From the NCBI GenBank assembly GCA_030640025.1, contig DAOWKC010000002.1:68029-132028 (forward strand): a stretch of 64,000 nt of DNA, in the 5' to 3' direction. The position numbers and the translations under genes are program-made. The DNA is from Candidatus Woesearchaeota archaeon. GTDB lineage: Archaea; Nanobdellota; Nanobdellia; Woesearchaeales; JAGLXL01. Shown here piece by piece: positions 37,912 to 46,806 of the stretch. The notes under the pieces are model-generated. The model was not told the DNA's origin. It made no database searches and saw nothing but the letters and a program-made list of their open reading frames with translations. Numbering within the stretch: the stretch's first letter is position 1; each line of letters starts with the position of its first letter.

Positions 37912-38841
37912 ATGAAAAGATGGTGGATAGGATTAATGTTGAGTATATTGTTGGTAGGTTGTCAACCATTAGTTGGTGGAGGAGAGACGCCTGAAGAAAC
38001 AAGTGGTTTATCTCGATATGCTCGTTCTGGTTTTCAAGGTTTAGATATGCGATTTATCCAAGACCTACCGCCAAATTCATTGTGGGATGTGGCTGAATTA
38101 GTAATTGTTAACGAATTAAAGAATGTCGGCTCTTATAATATTGAGGCAGATAAGTGTTTTATTGAAGTGAGTGGGATTGACAGGAATATTGTCAGGAATT
38201 TACAGCCAGGTATTCGTCAATCTTGTGATGATATTGAAGGGAAGAGTGTTTATAATACTGAAGGTGGTTTTAACCAGATTGAATTTCAATCAGCCAGTAT
38301 TATCTTGCCTGAAGGAGTTGACAGATATGCTCCTAATATTGTTTTAAGCGCCTGTTATAATTATAAAACAATAGCCAGCCCCCAAGTTTGCATTGATCCT
38401 GGATTTTATCAATTGACCTCAGAACAGAAATCCTGTCAAGTAAGGGATGTGCCTTTAGGTGGAGGTCAAGGTGCGCCGGTTTCAGTTGATAATGTCAAAG
38501 TGGATATGGTGGGGCAGAAAGCTATTTTTCAATTGGATATCAGCAATACAGGCCCAGGAAGAGTGGTCTCACCAAGAGCTGCTTTAAATCAATGTCCTGG
38601 CAATATGAGATATGATGATTTTGATGAAGTTGGATTTATTATTTCTTTATCAGGAGAATTCCCTGAAAAATGCACGCCAAGTGATCATTTAGTTAGGTTA
38701 ACTAATAATAAAGGAAAGGTATTCTGTACTTTTAATGTTGGAAGTACAGCTGCTTATGAAGCTCCTTTGAATATTGAATTGAATTATAAATATTTACAAT
38801 CAATCTCCAAGAAAGTTGAGATTGTTAAAACTCCGAGTTGA
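37912..38841 (+). CDS. lipoprotein, family paralog 2 (LVGC lipobox)
   Basis: MKRWWIGLMLSILLVGC. Shared motifs NTEGGF and GGGQGAPVSV. Confidence 0.55.
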   Translation: MKRWWIGLMLSILLVGCQPLVGGGETPEETSGLSRYARSGFQGLDMRFIQDLPPNSLWDVAELVIVNELKNVGSYNIEADKCFIEVSGIDRNIVRNLQPGIRQSCDDIEGKSVYNTEGGFNQIEFQSASIILPEGVDRYAPNIVLSACYNYKTIASPQVCIDPGFYQLTSEQKSCQVRDVPLGGGQGAPVSVDNVKVDMVGQKAIFQLDISNTGPGRVVSPRAALNQCPGNMRYDDFDEVGFIISLSGEFPEKCTPSDHLVRLTNNKGKVFCTFNVGSTAAYEAPLNIELNYKYLQSISKKVEIVKTPS

Positions 38842-38854
38842 GGTACTGAGAAAA

Positions 38855-39772
38855 ATGAAAAAAATTATTTTAGGTTTGGTTTTGATTGTGGTTTTATTTT
38901 TAGCTGGCTGTGGTGATGATGATGAAGGAGGCGCCCAAGTAGGTTCTGTTTTTGAAGGCGGTTCTCAAGGCATAGTGGCAAGTTTTGAGCCTTTTGGGAT
39001 CCAAGAAGAAGGTGTTTATGTAATTTATGACACTGAGAATTTTCCAATTGAAGTGAATGTCAAAAATAAAGGGGAAGAAGATATTGCAGCAGGTGATTTG
39101 GTGGTTAAGTTGAAAGGGATTAACTTAAATGATTTTGAAAACATTCCAGCAGCAATAAAAAGTAATGAAAGAATGATTGAAAAGGTCTCTGAATTTAATA
39201 GAGAAGGTGGTGAAGAGATTATTGATTTTACTCCGCTTTCTGAAGCTGCTAAGTACAAGCACTCAATCACTGGATTTTATCAGCCAGATATTTTTGCAAC
39301 AATTGAGTACAAGTATAAAACAAGAGTAATTGTGCCTAAGGTTTGTTTTAAAGAAGATTTAAATGATGAAAGTGTTTGTGATGTTAAGGAGAGCAAGGAT
39401 GTTTTTGTTTCTGGCGCACCAATTTTAGTCAAGTCAGTAAAAGAAGATTCAGCAGGCAGAGGTGTGATGATCTTGACATTTGAAATTGAAAATGCTGGCG
39501 GCGGCAAAGTAACTAAAGTTGGTGAAGCATTTGACTTGAGATATGGACAGCTGGCCTTTAACATGAAAACTGACCCGGGAATGTGGGAATGCAGAAGTGC
39601 AGGCAAAATAAATGAAGCAAGATTAATTGACGGGAAAGCAACAGTGATTTGTAGATTAAAAGAAGCGCTGCCAGCTGGAACTTTGTATACCAAGCAAATT
39701 GAGTTGGAATTAAGTTATGTTTATCGATCAGTAATGTCAGAAAGTATAAGAATTAAGGAGAGTTTGAGTTAA
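38855..39772 (+). CDS. lipoprotein, family paralog 3 (LAGC lipobox)
   Basis: MKKIILGLVLIVVLFLAGC. Weaker versions of the shared motifs (REGGEE, SGAPILV). Confidence 0.5.
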   Translation: MKKIILGLVLIVVLFLAGCGDDDEGGAQVGSVFEGGSQGIVASFEPFGIQEEGVYVIYDTENFPIEVNVKNKGEEDIAAGDLVVKLKGINLNDFENIPAAIKSNERMIEKVSEFNREGGEEIIDFTPLSEAAKYKHSITGFYQPDIFATIEYKYKTRVIVPKVCFKEDLNDESVCDVKESKDVFVSGAPILVKSVKEDSAGRGVMILTFEIENAGGGKVTKVGEAFDLRYGQLAFNMKTDPGMWECRSAGKINEARLIDGKATVICRLKEALPAGTLYTKQIELELSYVYRSVMSESIRIKESLS

Positions 39773-42638
39773 GAACAAAAGCAAGGAAAGCTTCGAGTTG
39801 GACAAATTCGTCTGAGCCTTCCACCATTCTAAATTCTATTTCACCACAGTGAGTTATAAGCTTGACTTTTAATTGGTCTGGTATTTCGAGATTCCAGATT
39901 TCTCTTTGGATTTGTTTGATGATGTCGAGGCCAGAGAGGCCGTGCTGGAGCATAGTGTCAATGAGTTTGTTTCGTGAAGGGATAAATTGTTGATTTAAAG
40001 CGAGGTTAAGGACTTCTTTGATTTCTTTGGGCTTGGCAGCAGAAACCATAGAATAAATGTCCTCTGGGGCGATAGACTCTCCTTTTGGTTTTACAGCAAA
40101 GCAGCTTTGCATAATATTTGTTAATTTCCGACAATCTCCATTAGAAACTTCAATTAATGCTTTTTTGACGTGAGGAAGAACAGACTGTTGAAATTCTCCC
40201 CCTTCTTCCTTGGCAATTTTTTCAATCACTTTAGAAATATCTTCTTCTTTAAGCGGTTTAAAATGAAAAACTGCACAACGAGATTGAATAGGATCGATTA
40301 TTTTGGATGAGTAATTACAATTATGAGAAACGAAACCATTGGTGATAAAATTATGGTCTTTTTGGCAGGTTATGTCCATAACCAATTCTTCATCAACTTC
40401 TTTTATTTCATCGATTTCATTGATGAAGAGGGTGCTGTTGAATTTATAATTTTTGATCCACTCATCAAAAATGATAAATTTACTTCTAGGAAGATGGACA
40501 TCTTTTCCTTTTCTTTGGTTGGCAACAAAATCAAGGGTAACATCATATTCTTTAGCAATCACCCCGATTGATTTGCCAGAATTTGTTTGAGTAAGTATTA
40601 ATTTTGATTTTTCCTTCCAAGAATTGATTAAATGGTATTTATGACGCAAATATTCTGCTGATAACTTTGCTAATCTTATTTTGTATGTTTCATAAGCATA
40701 TCCTATTTGAGAAAAAAACTTGAAGAGGTTATGATTATTGGGTTTTATTACTAAGCCAAAAGTTAATACTGGAATATTGTCTCTTTTTCTTATTTCTTTT
40801 CTGTCGATGATTTTGATGTAAGTTTCTACTTCGAACTCTTCAAACAGATTAGAAAGTTCTTGATAAAAATTAATCATTGATATTTTGAGATAAATTGATT
40901 TATTTTGTCTAAGTAGAATTGCCTCAAAATTCATTTTTTTACAATGGGGTTTATCAGCATCACAACCAAACAAAGCTCTTAAGAATTCTCGTTTGACGAA
41001 TTTTGTGCCTTTTTTAATAAACTCCGGTACAGTATAGGGAGTTATTGTTTTATCTCCTTTTGGGATACCAAAAAATTGCAAAAGTAATGACAAAGGTCTG
41101 GAATCAAGCGTAAACGAGGTTGTTGTTCCTACAAATTCTCTTCCTCGGATTATATTTTTTAAAGTGACTGACTTAATTTTTGAGTAATTGGAGTGCTTTA
41201 AAATGTCTAAGTCTTTCATTACTTCTTTTAATGCTTCTCGATTACCAGAAAAATGAAGCCTGATGCTATTACGGACGAGATGGCCATCTCCTAACATAAA
41301 ACCACAGATTCTTGTCAAAGCTCCAATTTTTTCAATATCATTGAAAGTTATATCTAACAATTCTTTTCTTTTAAGTTCGCCAAGAACTCTGTCAATTCGG
41401 CCTCTAAAAATTGTTGAATCAATTGATTCCCTAACAGCTGAATAGGATATTTTGAGATTAAATTCTTTTTCTATGATTTTTCTGATATCCATATCATTTC
41501 TGAGAGTTATTGGCTCTGAATTAGTGATTAAAAAAGAGTGGGTTTTTTTGTTGATAATTCTTTTGATATAACCTTTTTTCACTAAAGAAAGAAGGAGGTA
41601 ATTTGTTCCCATACGAGTGAGACATAATTTTTCTTGTAATTTTTTTCTTGTGATTTGGTGGTTTTGTTTGATTAAGTTATAGAGTTCAAACTCTCTTTCT
41701 GTCAGCCCCTTATCTTCTTTTATTATCTTTCTTAATTCTTCTATTTTTTGAATGATTTTTTCTTTTTCAGTTGATTTAAGTCTTCTAAACCTTGAAGCCG
41801 TTTCAATTGTTTCTAAACCATCCTGCTCTTCCGTGGTAGAAAGGAATTTTATAAATTTATCAAGATCAATAATTTTGTTAGAATTGTCTTCAACTGGTGT
41901 TCCTTCAAGATGTGGATGGATCAATAAGTTATCTTCTTTTGTTATCTTACCTGCCTCTTTCCAACCATCGATTGTCAGAAGTTGGTGGTCGTCTGTGACT
42001 TTAATCTTCTTTCCAGTCATGGTAGTTATTTCAAGTACTTTTTTGCCAATTAATCTAGGGGGGAGTTTAACGGCAGCTAAAACAAGGTCTTTTTTAGTTG
42101 AATCTCTATTTTTTGAAATATTTTGGATGTGTATTTGCCCGGTTTTATGTTCATATTGATCAATAAATTTTTCTATCATAATCTCTCTTTCTTGTGGTAA
42201 AAGAATTTTTGTATCAGGAGTAACACAGGCCAGAACAAAACGGCAGGTTTTGGTGTAATTTTCCATAGTTCTTCTTAGAGCCTGCTGAGCTTCTTTGGTT
42301 AAGGCGTCTGATTCGTCCAAGTAAATGATTTTGAAAGGGACGTCTCCAATGGCTTTGGTGCGGGCAAAGTCTTTGACTTTGTTTCTGACTATATCGATGC
42401 CGCGTTCGTCAGAAGCATTTAATTCAAGAAAGTTTTGATGCCAGCTACCTTGGAAAAGCTGCTTGGCAATGACTAAGGCTAAGGAGGTTTTACCAACTCC
42501 AGCCGGTCCTGAGAAAAGAAGATGAGGCATATTTTTTTGCTGGACAAAGGCTTCTATTCGTTTAACTATTTCATTCTGGCCATAAACATCTGAGAAATTT
42601 TCAGGCCTGTACTTTTCAGTCCACATTGCAGGGGTCAT
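39753..42638 (-). CDS. rfcS: replication factor C small subunit containing one 636-aa intein
   Basis: Exteins total 325 aa with Walker A GPAGVGKTS, DEAD-like YLDESD and SRC motif (IQSRCAVFHF). The insertion splits the sequence between RFVLA and CNYSSKII. Confidence 0.9.
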   Translation of the reverse strand: MTPAMWTEKYRPENFSDVYGQNEIVKRIEAFVQQKNMPHLLFSGPAGVGKTSLALVIAKQLFQGSWHQNFLELNASDERGIDIVRNKVKDFARTKAIGDVPFKIIYLDESDALTKEAQQALRRTMENYTKTCRFVLACVTPDTKILLPQEREIMIEKFIDQYEHKTGQIHIQNISKNRDSTKKDLVLAAVKLPPRLIGKKVLEITTMTGKKIKVTDDHQLLTIDGWKEAGKITKEDNLLIHPHLEGTPVEDNSNKIIDLDKFIKFLSTTEEQDGLETIETASRFRRLKSTEKEKIIQKIEELRKIIKEDKGLTEREFELYNLIKQNHQITRKKLQEKLCLTRMGTNYLLLSLVKKGYIKRIINKKTHSFLITNSEPITLRNDMDIRKIIEKEFNLKISYSAVRESIDSTIFRGRIDRVLGELKRKELLDITFNDIEKIGALTRICGFMLGDGHLVRNSIRLHFSGNREALKEVMKDLDILKHSNYSKIKSVTLKNIIRGREFVGTTTSFTLDSRPLSLLLQFFGIPKGDKTITPYTVPEFIKKGTKFVKREFLRALFGCDADKPHCKKMNFEAILLRQNKSIYLKISMINFYQELSNLFEEFEVETYIKIIDRKEIRKRDNIPVLTFGLVIKPNNHNLFKFFSQIGYAYETYKIRLAKLSAEYLRHKYHLINSWKEKSKLILTQTNSGKSIGVIAKEYDVTLDFVANQRKGKDVHLPRSKFIIFDEWIKNYKFNSTLFINEIDEIKEVDEELVMDITCQKDHNFITNGFVSHNCNYSSKIIDPIQSRCAVFHFKPLKEEDISKVIEKIAKEEGGEFQQSVLPHVKKALIEVSNGDCRKLTNIMQSCFAVKPKGESIAPEDIYSMVSAAKPKEIKEVLNLALNQQFIPSRNKLIDTMLQHGLSGLDIIKQIQREIWNLEIPDQLKVKLITHCGEIEFRMVEGSDEFVQLEAFLAFVLNSNSP
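40320..42227 (-). mobile_element. intein (Cys...His-Asn, +1 Cys) with LAGLIDADG homing endonuclease domain, inside rfcS
   Basis: Begins CVTPDTKILL directly after extein RFVLA. Ends GFVSHN followed by C. Contains a LAGLIDADG-type block ICGFMLGDGHL. Confidence 0.8.
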
Positions 42639-42678
42639 GCTAATTCAGAACAGCGGGTCATATAAATAGTTTATTGAA

Positions 42679-42945
42679 TTACACAATATCTTCTTCAGAA
42701 ACGACCATATAGTCGCCAATAGCAATTACTGCTGAAAAAGGTATGAGAATGTTGTTTTCTTTGTCTTTTTCGAGTTCTAGTTTTTCAGTGTAAGATGTTG
42801 GGCTTTTTAGAACTAAATGGATTAATTCTCCAGAACGAACTTCAAAAATAATATCTCCGACTTCACCGAAGCGTTTCCCTGTTTTGCTCACTACTGTTTT
42901 GCCGACCAAATCTTTGGAAAATTTTTTTTCTTTATCTTCAGCCAT
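42679..42945 (-). CDS. PRC-barrel domain protein
   Basis: LVGKTVVSKTGKRFGEVGDIIFEVRSGELIHLVL pattern typical of PRC barrel. Confidence 0.6.
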   Translation of the reverse strand: MAEDKEKKFSKDLVGKTVVSKTGKRFGEVGDIIFEVRSGELIHLVLKSPTSYTEKLELEKDKENNILIPFSAVIAIGDYMVVSEEDIV

Positions 42946-43048
42946 GATAAACCCCTCTATTTTCTTATGTTTAATTAATAGGGGGGTGATATATAAAGTT
43001 TTCTGTGGGGGTTTATCTATTTAAAAAGAAAGTTTTATTAAGAGGATT

Positions 43049-43645
43049 TTGTTATTTGACTATATGGCAAAGAAAGCAAAGAAAAAGGCTAAGAAAGTTG
43101 AGAAGAAAGTGATAAAGAAGAAAGTTAAGGGAGTTTTAGATAGAGACAGAATTATTACTGAAGACAGTGATGCGGCTCGCGAGTTTTATGCTCAAAGCAG
43201 GTTTGGCAGTATTTTAGAAGGAGAAGGAAAAGTACAGCTTTCTTTACTTGAAGGACTTTTTTTGTTTGAAGCTGGAAAGCTTGAGATTAAATCTAGTAAT
43301 GGTAGGAAATTGTCTTATGAAAGTTTTTTGAAGAAAGCTAAAAAAGTGGCGCCTAATTTTTGGGTCAGGTATTGTGTTTTTAAGGATATTAGGAATCGTG
43401 GGTATATTATTAAGACAGCTTTGAAGTTTGGAGCTGATTTTAGGGTTTATGATCGGGGGGTTAAGCCAGGTGAAGATCATGCCAGGTGGGTGATTTATCC
43501 GGTGCATGAAAGCGAGTATTTGACTTGGTATGAGTTTGCAGCTAAGAACAGGGTGGCCCATAGTACTCGTAAAAGGTTATTAATTGGAATTGTTGATGAT
43601 GAAGGCGACGTGACCTATTACGAAATTAGATGGATGCGACCATAA
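43049..43645 (+). CDS. endA: tRNA-splicing endonuclease (EndA) with K-rich N-terminal extension
   Basis: Catalytic C-terminal domain motifs KFGADFRVYDRG...DHARWVIYPV (Tyr/His/Lys triad region). Confidence 0.75.
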   Translation: MLFDYMAKKAKKKAKKVEKKVIKKKVKGVLDRDRIITEDSDAAREFYAQSRFGSILEGEGKVQLSLLEGLFLFEAGKLEIKSSNGRKLSYESFLKKAKKVAPNFWVRYCVFKDIRNRGYIIKTALKFGADFRVYDRGVKPGEDHARWVIYPVHESEYLTWYEFAAKNRVAHSTRKRLLIGIVDDEGDVTYYEIRWMRP

Positions 43646-43677
43646 ACTATTTATATCTGCTTTGTTGCTGAATTCTT

Positions 43678-44652
43678 ATGTCGAGAGAAGATAGGATTAT
43701 AGAGTTCATGCGCAGAGAAGGACCATTGTTGCCGAATAAACTGGCTCGATTTCTTGGGACAGATTTGATTATTGCAGGAGCTCACCTATCTGAATTGTCA
43801 GCTAATAAGAAAGTTAAAGTGACTAATTTAAAGATTGGTGGGGGGAGTCCGATTTATTATCTGCCAGGGCAGGAAGAGAAATTATTAATGTTTTATGATG
43901 AGTTGAATGGCAAAGATAAAGTTAGTTTTGATTTGTTGAAAGGGGAGAAAGTATTGTGTGATAAGGATTTGGATCCTTTGACTCGGGTTTCTTTGAGAAA
44001 TATCAAGGATTTTGCCAAACCACTTGAAGTTAATTTGAATGGCGGCAAGGAAATATTTTGGAAATGGTATTTGATTAAGAATGAGGAAGCTGGTGTTTTG
44101 ATTAAGGAATTGTTGAAACCCAAACCAGAACCAGTTAAGGAAGAGCCGAAGCTTGAGGAGAAAAAACCGGAACCGAAACCTGTTAAAGAAATACCTAAGA
44201 TTGAAAAACCTAAACCAGTAGTAAAAGAAAAACCAGTTCAAAAAGAAATTAAAAAAGAAGAGCCTTCGCCAAAACCAGTAGAAAAACAGATTGTTCTAGA
44301 AAAACTAGAGATTAGGCCAAAACCAAAAAAAGAAATCCAGAGTGATTTTTTTGAGAAAGTTAAGAATTATCTGGATTTGAAAAATATTAAAATTGTGGAG
44401 CATGAAGTATTGAGGAAGACTGAAATTAATTTGATTTTAAGTGTGCCGACGGCAATTGGTGAGATTTTGTATTACGGGAAAGCAAAGGCTAAGAAAAAAT
44501 GTAATGACAAAGATGTTTCATCTGCTTTTTTAGAAGGCCAGATGAAAAAACTGCCGGCTTTATTTTTGTACAGTGGAGAGATGACCAAGAAAGCTGAAGA
44601 GATGTTAGGACAAGATATATTTAAAAACTTAATTCTTTTACACCTTGACTAA
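43678..44652 (+). CDS. hypothetical winged-helix protein with Pro/Glu/Lys-rich repeat linker
   Basis: N-terminal wH-like domain (RIIEFMRREGPLLPNKLARFLGTDLIIAGAHLSEL). Central KPEPVKEEPKLEEKKPEPKPVKE repeats. Uncharacterised C-terminal domain. Confidence 0.4.
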   Translation: MSREDRIIEFMRREGPLLPNKLARFLGTDLIIAGAHLSELSANKKVKVTNLKIGGGSPIYYLPGQEEKLLMFYDELNGKDKVSFDLLKGEKVLCDKDLDPLTRVSLRNIKDFAKPLEVNLNGGKEIFWKWYLIKNEEAGVLIKELLKPKPEPVKEEPKLEEKKPEPKPVKEIPKIEKPKPVVKEKPVQKEIKKEEPSPKPVEKQIVLEKLEIRPKPKKEIQSDFFEKVKNYLDLKNIKIVEHEVLRKTEINLILSVPTAIGEILYYGKAKAKKKCNDKDVSSAFLEGQMKKLPALFLYSGEMTKKAEEMLGQDIFKNLILLHLD

Positions 44653-45683
44653 TGGGAATTAAATTAAAGGATTTGGCAACGATTGAAGAGATTAGTTTAG
44701 ATAAATTAAAAGGTAAGGTATTAGCAGTTGATACCCATAATATTTTGTATCAGTTTTTGACAACGATTAGGCAGAGGGATGGAAGTTTGTTGATTGATAG
44801 TAAAGGCAGGGTGACTTCTCATTTGAATGGTTTATTTTATCGGACGACTAGGTTGATGCAGCAAGGATTGAAACTGGCTTTTATTTTTGACGGCAAACCA
44901 CCAGAGATCAAGAGTCAAGAGTTGGAGAAAAGAAAGGTACGTAAGATTGAGGCTAAGGCTAAGTTTGAAGCGGCTAAAGAGAGGGGAGAAGAAGCAGAGA
45001 TGAGAAAGTATGCAGCTAGGACAACTAGGTTGACGCAAGAAATGATTGATGAAAGCAAGAAATTGTTGAAGATTTTAGGATTGCCAGTGATTCAAGCACC
45101 TTCTGAAGGTGAGGCACAAGCCGGGCAGATGGTTAAAGATGGTAAAGCGTGGGCGGTTGTTTCCCAAGATTTTGATAATTTATTGTTTGGCTGTCCTCGG
45201 GTTGTTAGGAATCTGTCTGTTGAAGGCAGGAAGAAGAAAATTGGGTCTTTAGGATGGCAGGTGGTGAAGCCAGAATTGATTTCACTTTCTGAGACATTGA
45301 ATAATTTGGGAATCGACCAAGAACAGTTAATTGTTTTGGGAATTTTGGTTGGTACGGATTATAATGTTGGAGGAGTGCCCGGGATTGGACCTAAGAAAGC
45401 GTTGAAGCTAGTGAAGGAAGTTAAGGATTTTGATGAGATTTTTGAAAAGGTAGAGTGGAGCAAGTATTTTAAGGTTGAATGGAAAGAAATTTTTTATACG
45501 ATTAAAAAGATGCCTGTTTCAAAAGATTATTCTTTGAAATGGGGAAAAGTTGATGTTGAGAAATTACGGGCGTTTTTAGTAGATGATTATGAATTTTCTG
45601 GAGAACGAGTTGACAATCAGATTAAGAACTGGCTGAAAGAAAAAGAAGGCCAGAAACAGAAAGGGTTAGGAGAATGGGCTTAG
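44652..45683 (+). CDS. fen: flap endonuclease FEN-1
   Basis: XPG-N/XPG-I motifs (AVDTHNILYQFL, GLPVIQAPSEGEAQ) and H3TH. Confidence 0.9.
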   Translation: MGIKLKDLATIEEISLDKLKGKVLAVDTHNILYQFLTTIRQRDGSLLIDSKGRVTSHLNGLFYRTTRLMQQGLKLAFIFDGKPPEIKSQELEKRKVRKIEAKAKFEAAKERGEEAEMRKYAARTTRLTQEMIDESKKLLKILGLPVIQAPSEGEAQAGQMVKDGKAWAVVSQDFDNLLFGCPRVVRNLSVEGRKKKIGSLGWQVVKPELISLSETLNNLGIDQEQLIVLGILVGTDYNVGGVPGIGPKKALKLVKEVKDFDEIFEKVEWSKYFKVEWKEIFYTIKKMPVSKDYSLKWGKVDVEKLRAFLVDDYEFSGERVDNQIKNWLKEKEGQKQKGLGEWA

Positions 45684-46684
45684 TTGTTAAAGTCAAGGTC
45701 GAGGAAGCAGAGAAAGTTAGGAATTATTTGAAGGGGAAAGGATGGTTAGATACTGATTATAAAATTGAGAAAGAAAGTAATTTTATTTTTATTCCAGTAA
45801 CAGAAAAATTAAAAAAATATAAAGTTATGGAAAGAAAATTAAAGAAAACAAAAAGAGAAAAAACAATTGTTGAGATGTTGAAAGGGAAGTTGAATTCTTC
45901 AGAATTGAATTTATTACCGCGGACTTTTGAAGAAGTGGGCGATATTTTAGTTTTAGAGTTAGAGAGAGGGTTGGAGAAAAAGAAAAAGGTAATTGGAGGG
46001 GCTTATTTGAAGAAGTATAAACAAATTAAAACTGTTTTGAAGAAGAAAGTTGAGCATTCTGGTGAATATCGATTGCGGAAATTAGAATGGTTGGCAGGGG
46101 AAAAGAAAAAAGAAACTTTGTACAAGGAAAATGGGGTTTCTTTAAAAGTTAATTTAGAAAAAGTCTATTTTAGTTCTAAGTCAGCTGGTGAGAGATTAAG
46201 AATTGCTAAATTGGTTAAAGATGGTGAAGAAGTTTTAGTGATGTTTAGTGGGTGTGCGCCTTTTCCTTTGGTAATTGCCAGGAATAGTTCTGTAAAGGAA
46301 GTTGTAGGTGTGGAGTTAAATCCTGATGGTCATAAATCAGGAGAGGAAAATGTGAAATTAAATCGGCTTTGGGGTCGGGTAAAGTTGTACCAAGGGGATG
46401 TAAGGAAGGTTGTGCCTAAATTGAAAAGGAAGTTTGATCGAGTAGTGATGCCGCTGCCTAAGACTGGAGAGAAGTTTTTAGATGTGGCTTTGAAAGTTGT
46501 TAAAGATAAAGGAATGGTGCATTTGTATGCATTCTTGGGTGAGGAGAATTTTGATTCGGATAGGAAGAAGGTTTTGGGGATTTGTAAGAAGTTGGGGAAA
46601 AAATGTAGAGTGGTTGATTTTAGAAAATGTGGGGCGTTTGCGCCAGGTGTTTTTAGAGTGGTTTATGATTTGAGAATTGGGTAA
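45674..46684 (+). CDS. Trm5/Taw2-family tRNA methyltransferase (class I SAM MTase, Met-10+ like)
   Basis: VLVMFSGCAPFPLVIA...VVGVELNPD matches the Trm5 SAM-binding and NPPY-like region. Confidence 0.6.
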   Translation: MGLVVKVKVEEAEKVRNYLKGKGWLDTDYKIEKESNFIFIPVTEKLKKYKVMERKLKKTKREKTIVEMLKGKLNSSELNLLPRTFEEVGDILVLELERGLEKKKKVIGGAYLKKYKQIKTVLKKKVEHSGEYRLRKLEWLAGEKKKETLYKENGVSLKVNLEKVYFSSKSAGERLRIAKLVKDGEEVLVMFSGCAPFPLVIARNSSVKEVVGVELNPDGHKSGEENVKLNRLWGRVKLYQGDVRKVVPKLKRKFDRVVMPLPKTGEKFLDVALKVVKDKGMVHLYAFLGEENFDSDRKKVLGICKKLGKKCRVVDFRKCGAFAPGVFRVVYDLRIG

Positions 46685-46723
46685 AGTTTATATAGTGCTG
46701 AGCTAAATTTATTCTTAAGTGCA

Positions 46724-46785
46724 ACACGCGATGACTGAGTGAACACCAGACCCAAGATGGGATACGGATGTAACTGCTGAGCGTG
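46724..46785 (+). ncRNA. candidate C/D-box sRNA
   Basis: Intergenic ~60-nt unit with a terminal stem CACGC...GCGTG (46725-46729 with 46781-46785). C-box-like GCGATGA at the 5' end and a D box CTGA (46777-46780) immediately before the 3' stem. Internal CTGA and ATG-rich C'-like elements. Confidence 0.3.
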
Positions 46786-46806
46786 CACAAATTTTCTAGA
46801 AATATT

